A stretch of 64,000 nucleotides of DNA from an uncultured Actinomycetes bacterium (GTDB lineage: Bacteria > Actinomycetota > Thermoleophilia > UBA2241): positions 448,001 to 512,000 of the forward strand of contig CAVYCN010000002.1 of NCBI GenBank assembly GCA_963767005.1, given 5' to 3'. The notes below the pieces were generated by a model. The model was not told the origin of the DNA. It searched no databases and saw nothing but the letters and a program-made list of their open reading frames with translations. Made by a program: the position numbers and the translations under genes. Positions within the stretch are counted from its first letter, which is position 1. Every line of letters starts with the position of its first letter. Of this stretch, positions 60,808 through 64,000 are shown one piece after another.

Positions 60808-63456
60808 TCAGGCTCCGAGGAGCTCCCGCGCCCGGGCGAGCCCCGCTTCGAGGGCGGCGTCGATACCGGCGACGTTGCCGCCACCGCCGCGCGCCAGCGT
60901 GGGCTTACCGCCGCCGCGGCCGTCGATGGCCGGCATCATGGCGGCGAGCACGTCGTTGGCGCGCAGGCCCCGGCCGACGAGCGCGTCGGTCACGGCGACC
61001 ACGACCGCGACGCGACCGGAGGTAGCCGACACCAGGGCGACCGCCGCATCGGGCCGCCGCAGCCGCACCTCGTCGGCCAGCGCCATCAGGTCGTCGGGCT
61101 TGGCGGCCGCCACCTCGCCGGTCACCAGCGTGGCGCCGGCCAGCGGGACGGCGCCGGCCAGCAGCTCGTCGACCCGGCCGCTGCGCTCGCCACTCTGGGC
61201 CACGCGCGCCGCCTCGCGCAGGTCGCCGATCTCGGCCACGCGGCGATGCACCGCGTCGACGACGCGCTCCGGCGACACGCCGAGCTCGACGGCCAGGCCG
61301 GCTTCGCGGGCCTCGATCGCCCGGTAGTGCTCGATGGCGGCGGCCGAGGTGATCGCCTCGATGCGCCGCGTGTTGGCCCCGACCGACGTGCTCGCGGTGA
61401 TCTTGCAGAGGCCGATCTGCGACGTCGACGAGACGTGCGTGCCGCCGCACAGCTCACGGCTGAACTCGTCGATCTCGAGCACGCGCACGAACTCGCCGTA
61501 CTTCTCCTCGAAGAAGGCGAGCGCGCCGAGCTCGGCGGCGTACTCGCGCGTCGTGACGAAGGGCCGCACCGGGTGGTTCTCGACGATACGCCGGTTCACG
61601 AGGTCCTCGATCTGGCGCAGCTCGGCCACCGTGGGAGCGCGCCGCGTCTTGTAGTCGAAGCGCAGGTGGTCGGGGCGCACGAGCGAGCCCGCCTGGCGCA
61701 CCTCTTCGCCCAGCACGATGCGCAGCGCGTTGTGCAGCAGGTGCGTCGCCGTGTGGTTGCAGGCCGTCTGATGGCGCCGCACGGCGTTGACCATCGCCTT
61801 GGCGCGCTCGCCCTCGACCACCGTGCCCTCAGCCGGCACACCGACGATCACCTGGTCGCTCTCGAAACGGACCACCTCGACCACGTCGAGCTTGCCGGAG
61901 TCGGTGTGGATCCAGCCTGTGTCGGCCACCTGGCCGCCGCCCTCGGCGTAGAAGGGCGACTCCTCGAGCTTCAGGGCGACGCGGCCGTCGGACAGCGCGC
62001 GGGCCGCCCGCACCATGGTGTAGACCTCGAGGCGCTCGTAGCCCACGAACGTCGTCTCGAGTGCCGCCGTGTCGCGCTGGAACGCTTCGACCTCGCCGGG
62101 GCCGGTCTCGCCGCCGCGCTGGGCGGCGCGGGCGCGCTCACGCTGCTCGGCCATGAGGCGCTCGAAGCCGGCCTCGTCGACGCCCATGCCGCGGTCCTGC
62201 GCGATCTCGCGGGTGAGGTCGAACGGGAAGCCGTAGGTGTCGTGCAGCTCGAAGGCGACCTCGGGCGGCAGCTCCGCGCCTGAGTCGCGCGCCCGGCGCA
62301 GGGCCTCGTCGAGGATGCCCATGCCCTGGGCGAGCGTACGCGTGAAGCGCGCCTCCTCCTCGCCTACGACGGCGGCGATCTCGTCGCGGCTCGCCGCGAG
62401 GGCCGGGTAGGCGTCGGCCATGATCTCGACGACGCGGTCGCACAGGCGCGCCAGGAAGGGTTCGTCGAGGCCGATCGAGACGCCCTGCTGCACGGCCCGC
62501 CGGATGATGCGCCGCAGCACGTAGTCGCGGCCCTCGTTGCCGGGCAGCACCCCGTCCATGATGAGGAAGGCGATGCCGCGGGCGTGGTCGGCCATGGTAC
62601 GCAGGGCGCGCGTGACCGGCTCGCTCACGCCGTAGGTCTGTCCCGACAGGCGCTCGCCGAGCTCGATCAGGGGGGTGAACACGTCGGTCTCGAAGACCGA
62701 GCGGACGCCCTGGACGATCGCCGTGATGCGCTCGAGCCCCATGCCGGTGTCGATGCTCTGCGCGGCGAGCTCGGTGAGCTCGCCGCGCTCGCTCATCTCG
62801 TACTGCACGAAGACGAGGTTCCAGTACTCGAGCCAGCGGTCGCAGTCGCAGCCCGGGCCGCAGTCGGGCCGCCCGCAGCCGAGCTCCTCGCCCATGTCGA
62901 TGTACAGCTCGGAGCAGGGCCCGCACGGTCCGGTCGGCCCCGCGGGACCCCAGAAGTTGTCGCCGCGGCCGAGGCGCGCGATGCGCTCGTCGCTGAAGCC
63001 GTGCGACTTCCAGATCGCGACGGCCTCGTCGTCGGCCGGCACCTGGTCGTCGCCACCGAACACGCTCACTCTGACACGCTCGAGATCGATGCCGAGCTCG
63101 CGCGAGAATTCGAGAGCCCAGGCGATCGCGTCGCGCTTGAAGTAGTCGCCGATCGAGAAGTTGCCGAGCATCTCGAAGAAGGTCAGGTGGCGGGCCGTGC
63201 GACCGACGTTCTCGATATCCGAGGTGCGAAAGCTCCGCTGACACGTGGTCAGACGCCCGGACGGCGGCGTGTCGACGCCCAGGTAGTAGGGCTTGAACTG
63301 CTGCATGCCGGCGGTCGTGAACAGCACGCTGGGATCGCCCGCCGGCACGAGCGAGGCCGCCGGCGGAGCCAGGTGGCCGCGCGCGCTGAAGAACTCGCCG
63401 AACCTCCGGCGGATGTCGGCCGCCGTGAGCGTCGGCCCGTCGCCTTGCTGGGTCAT
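60808..63456 (-). CDS. alaS: Alanyl-tRNA synthetase
   Basis: Motifs LFTTAGM, FFEMLGNFS, DTGMGLER, HTATHLLH and ELCGGTHV. Confidence 0.98.
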   Translation of the reverse strand: MTQQGDGPTLTAADIRRRFGEFFSARGHLAPPAASLVPAGDPSVLFTTAGMQQFKPYYLGVDTPPSGRLTTCQRSFRTSDIENVGRTARHLTFFEMLGNFSIGDYFKRDAIAWALEFSRELGIDLERVRVSVFGGDDQVPADDEAVAIWKSHGFSDERIARLGRGDNFWGPAGPTGPCGPCSELYIDMGEELGCGRPDCGPGCDCDRWLEYWNLVFVQYEMSERGELTELAAQSIDTGMGLERITAIVQGVRSVFETDVFTPLIELGERLSGQTYGVSEPVTRALRTMADHARGIAFLIMDGVLPGNEGRDYVLRRIIRRAVQQGVSIGLDEPFLARLCDRVVEIMADAYPALAASRDEIAAVVGEEEARFTRTLAQGMGILDEALRRARDSGAELPPEVAFELHDTYGFPFDLTREIAQDRGMGVDEAGFERLMAEQRERARAAQRGGETGPGEVEAFQRDTAALETTFVGYERLEVYTMVRAARALSDGRVALKLEESPFYAEGGGQVADTGWIHTDSGKLDVVEVVRFESDQVIVGVPAEGTVVEGERAKAMVNAVRRHQTACNHTATHLLHNALRIVLGEEVRQAGSLVRPDHLRFDYKTRRAPTVAELRQIEDLVNRRIVENHPVRPFVTTREYAAELGALAFFEEKYGEFVRVLEIDEFSRELCGGTHVSSTSQIGLCKITASTSVGANTRRIEAITSAAAIEHYRAIEAREAGLAVELGVSPERVVDAVHRRVAEIGDLREAARVAQSGERSGRVDELLAGAVPLAGATLVTGEVAAAKPDDLMALADEVRLRRPDAAVALVSATSGRVAVVVAVTDALVGRGLRANDVLAAMMPAIDGRGGGKPTLARGGGGNVAGIDAALEAGLARARELLGA

Positions 63457-63510
63457 GCTCCTACCTCGCCTGCGTGCGTGTCGCGCGGGGCCCGGTACCG
63501 CCGCCGGCGG

Positions 63511-63999
63511 CTAGAGGGCGCCCTCGCCGATGTTGGCCCGCAGCTTCTCGAGGGCGCGGCGGATCAGCCGCGACACATGCATCTGCGAGATGCCGACGCG
63601 CGCCGCGATCTGCGACTGCGTGAGCCCTTCGAAGAAGCGCAGGTGGAGGATGTACCGCTCACGCGCGTCGAGCCGGGCGAAGCCCGGCGCCAGCATCGTG
63701 CGGTCCTCCATGGTGTCGTAAGCCTCTTCCTCGGTACCCATGTAGTCGATGAGGCCGGTCTCGTCGTCGCCGGATTCGCCATTGGGCGCCGCCTGCAGCG
63801 AGACGGAGTTGTAGGCCTGGCTCGTCTCGAGAGCCTCGAGGACTTCTTCGGGCGTGGCCCCCGCCGCCTCGGCGATCTCGTTGATCGTCGGCGAGCGCTG
63901 GAGCTTGGGCACGAGCTCGTCGATCACCTTGTTCAGCCGGATGTTGAGCTCCTGCAGGCCGCGCGGGACCCGGACCGACCAGCCCTTGTCGCGGAAGTA
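63511..63999 (-). CDS. SigB/SigF/SigG family sigma factor (5' part outside the window)
   Basis: YFRDKGWSVRVPRGLQE...TQSQIAARVGISQMHVSRL. Confidence 0.92.
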   Translation of the reverse strand, partial: YFRDKGWSVRVPRGLQELNIRLNKVIDELVPKLQRSPTINEIAEAAGATPEEVLEALETSQAYNSVSLQAAPNGESGDDETGLIDYMGTEEEAYDTMEDRTMLAPGFARLDARERYILHLRFFEGLTQSQIAARVGISQMHVSRLIRRALEKLRANIGEGAL

Positions 64000-64000
64000 C

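Overview
Very GC-rich chromosomal window, with nearly every gene on the minus strand. Gene order and protein features suggest a deep-branching actinobacterium, Thermoleophilia/Rubrobacteria-like (inference). Positions 1-40.9 kb and 59.4-64 kb are core genes, listed here in transcription order: sigma factor, alaS, ruvX, aroE // aroC, aroK, aroB, aroQ, pepQ, efp, carboxyltransferase-AccB fusion, nusB, xseB-like, ispA, dxs, tlyA, nadK, recN, pyrG, peptidase T-like, xerD, deoB, punA, pdp, rsmD, coaD, sepIVA-like, yceD, rpmF, DRTGG protein, plsX, acpP, rnc, smc, ftsY, GNAT, ffh, rpsP, khpA, rimM, trmD, rplS, lepB, rnhB, yraN, comM, dprA. An ~18.5 kb type IVa pilus locus lies between aroE and aroC. 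It contains pilB (MshEN domain), pilT, pilC, an embedded SigB/F-like sigma factor, a c-di-GMP-I riboswitch and three major-pilin paralogs (two ~96% identical). It also has an oppositely oriented GT-C glycosyltransferase, a PilGHI/Xap-like ABC module, pilD, four minor pilins, pilMNO and a PilP-like gene. Six sigma28/WhiG-type promoters (TAAA-N15/16-GCCGAYAA-like) can be read in front of the pilus units, one of them inside aroE. Other oddities are a 58-bp structured tandem repeat, a Pta-type regulatory module next to plsX, and a pyrG promoter with a CCCG start region. I saw no rRNA, tRNA, CRISPR array or mobile element. All calls come from reading the sequence by eye; no searches were run.
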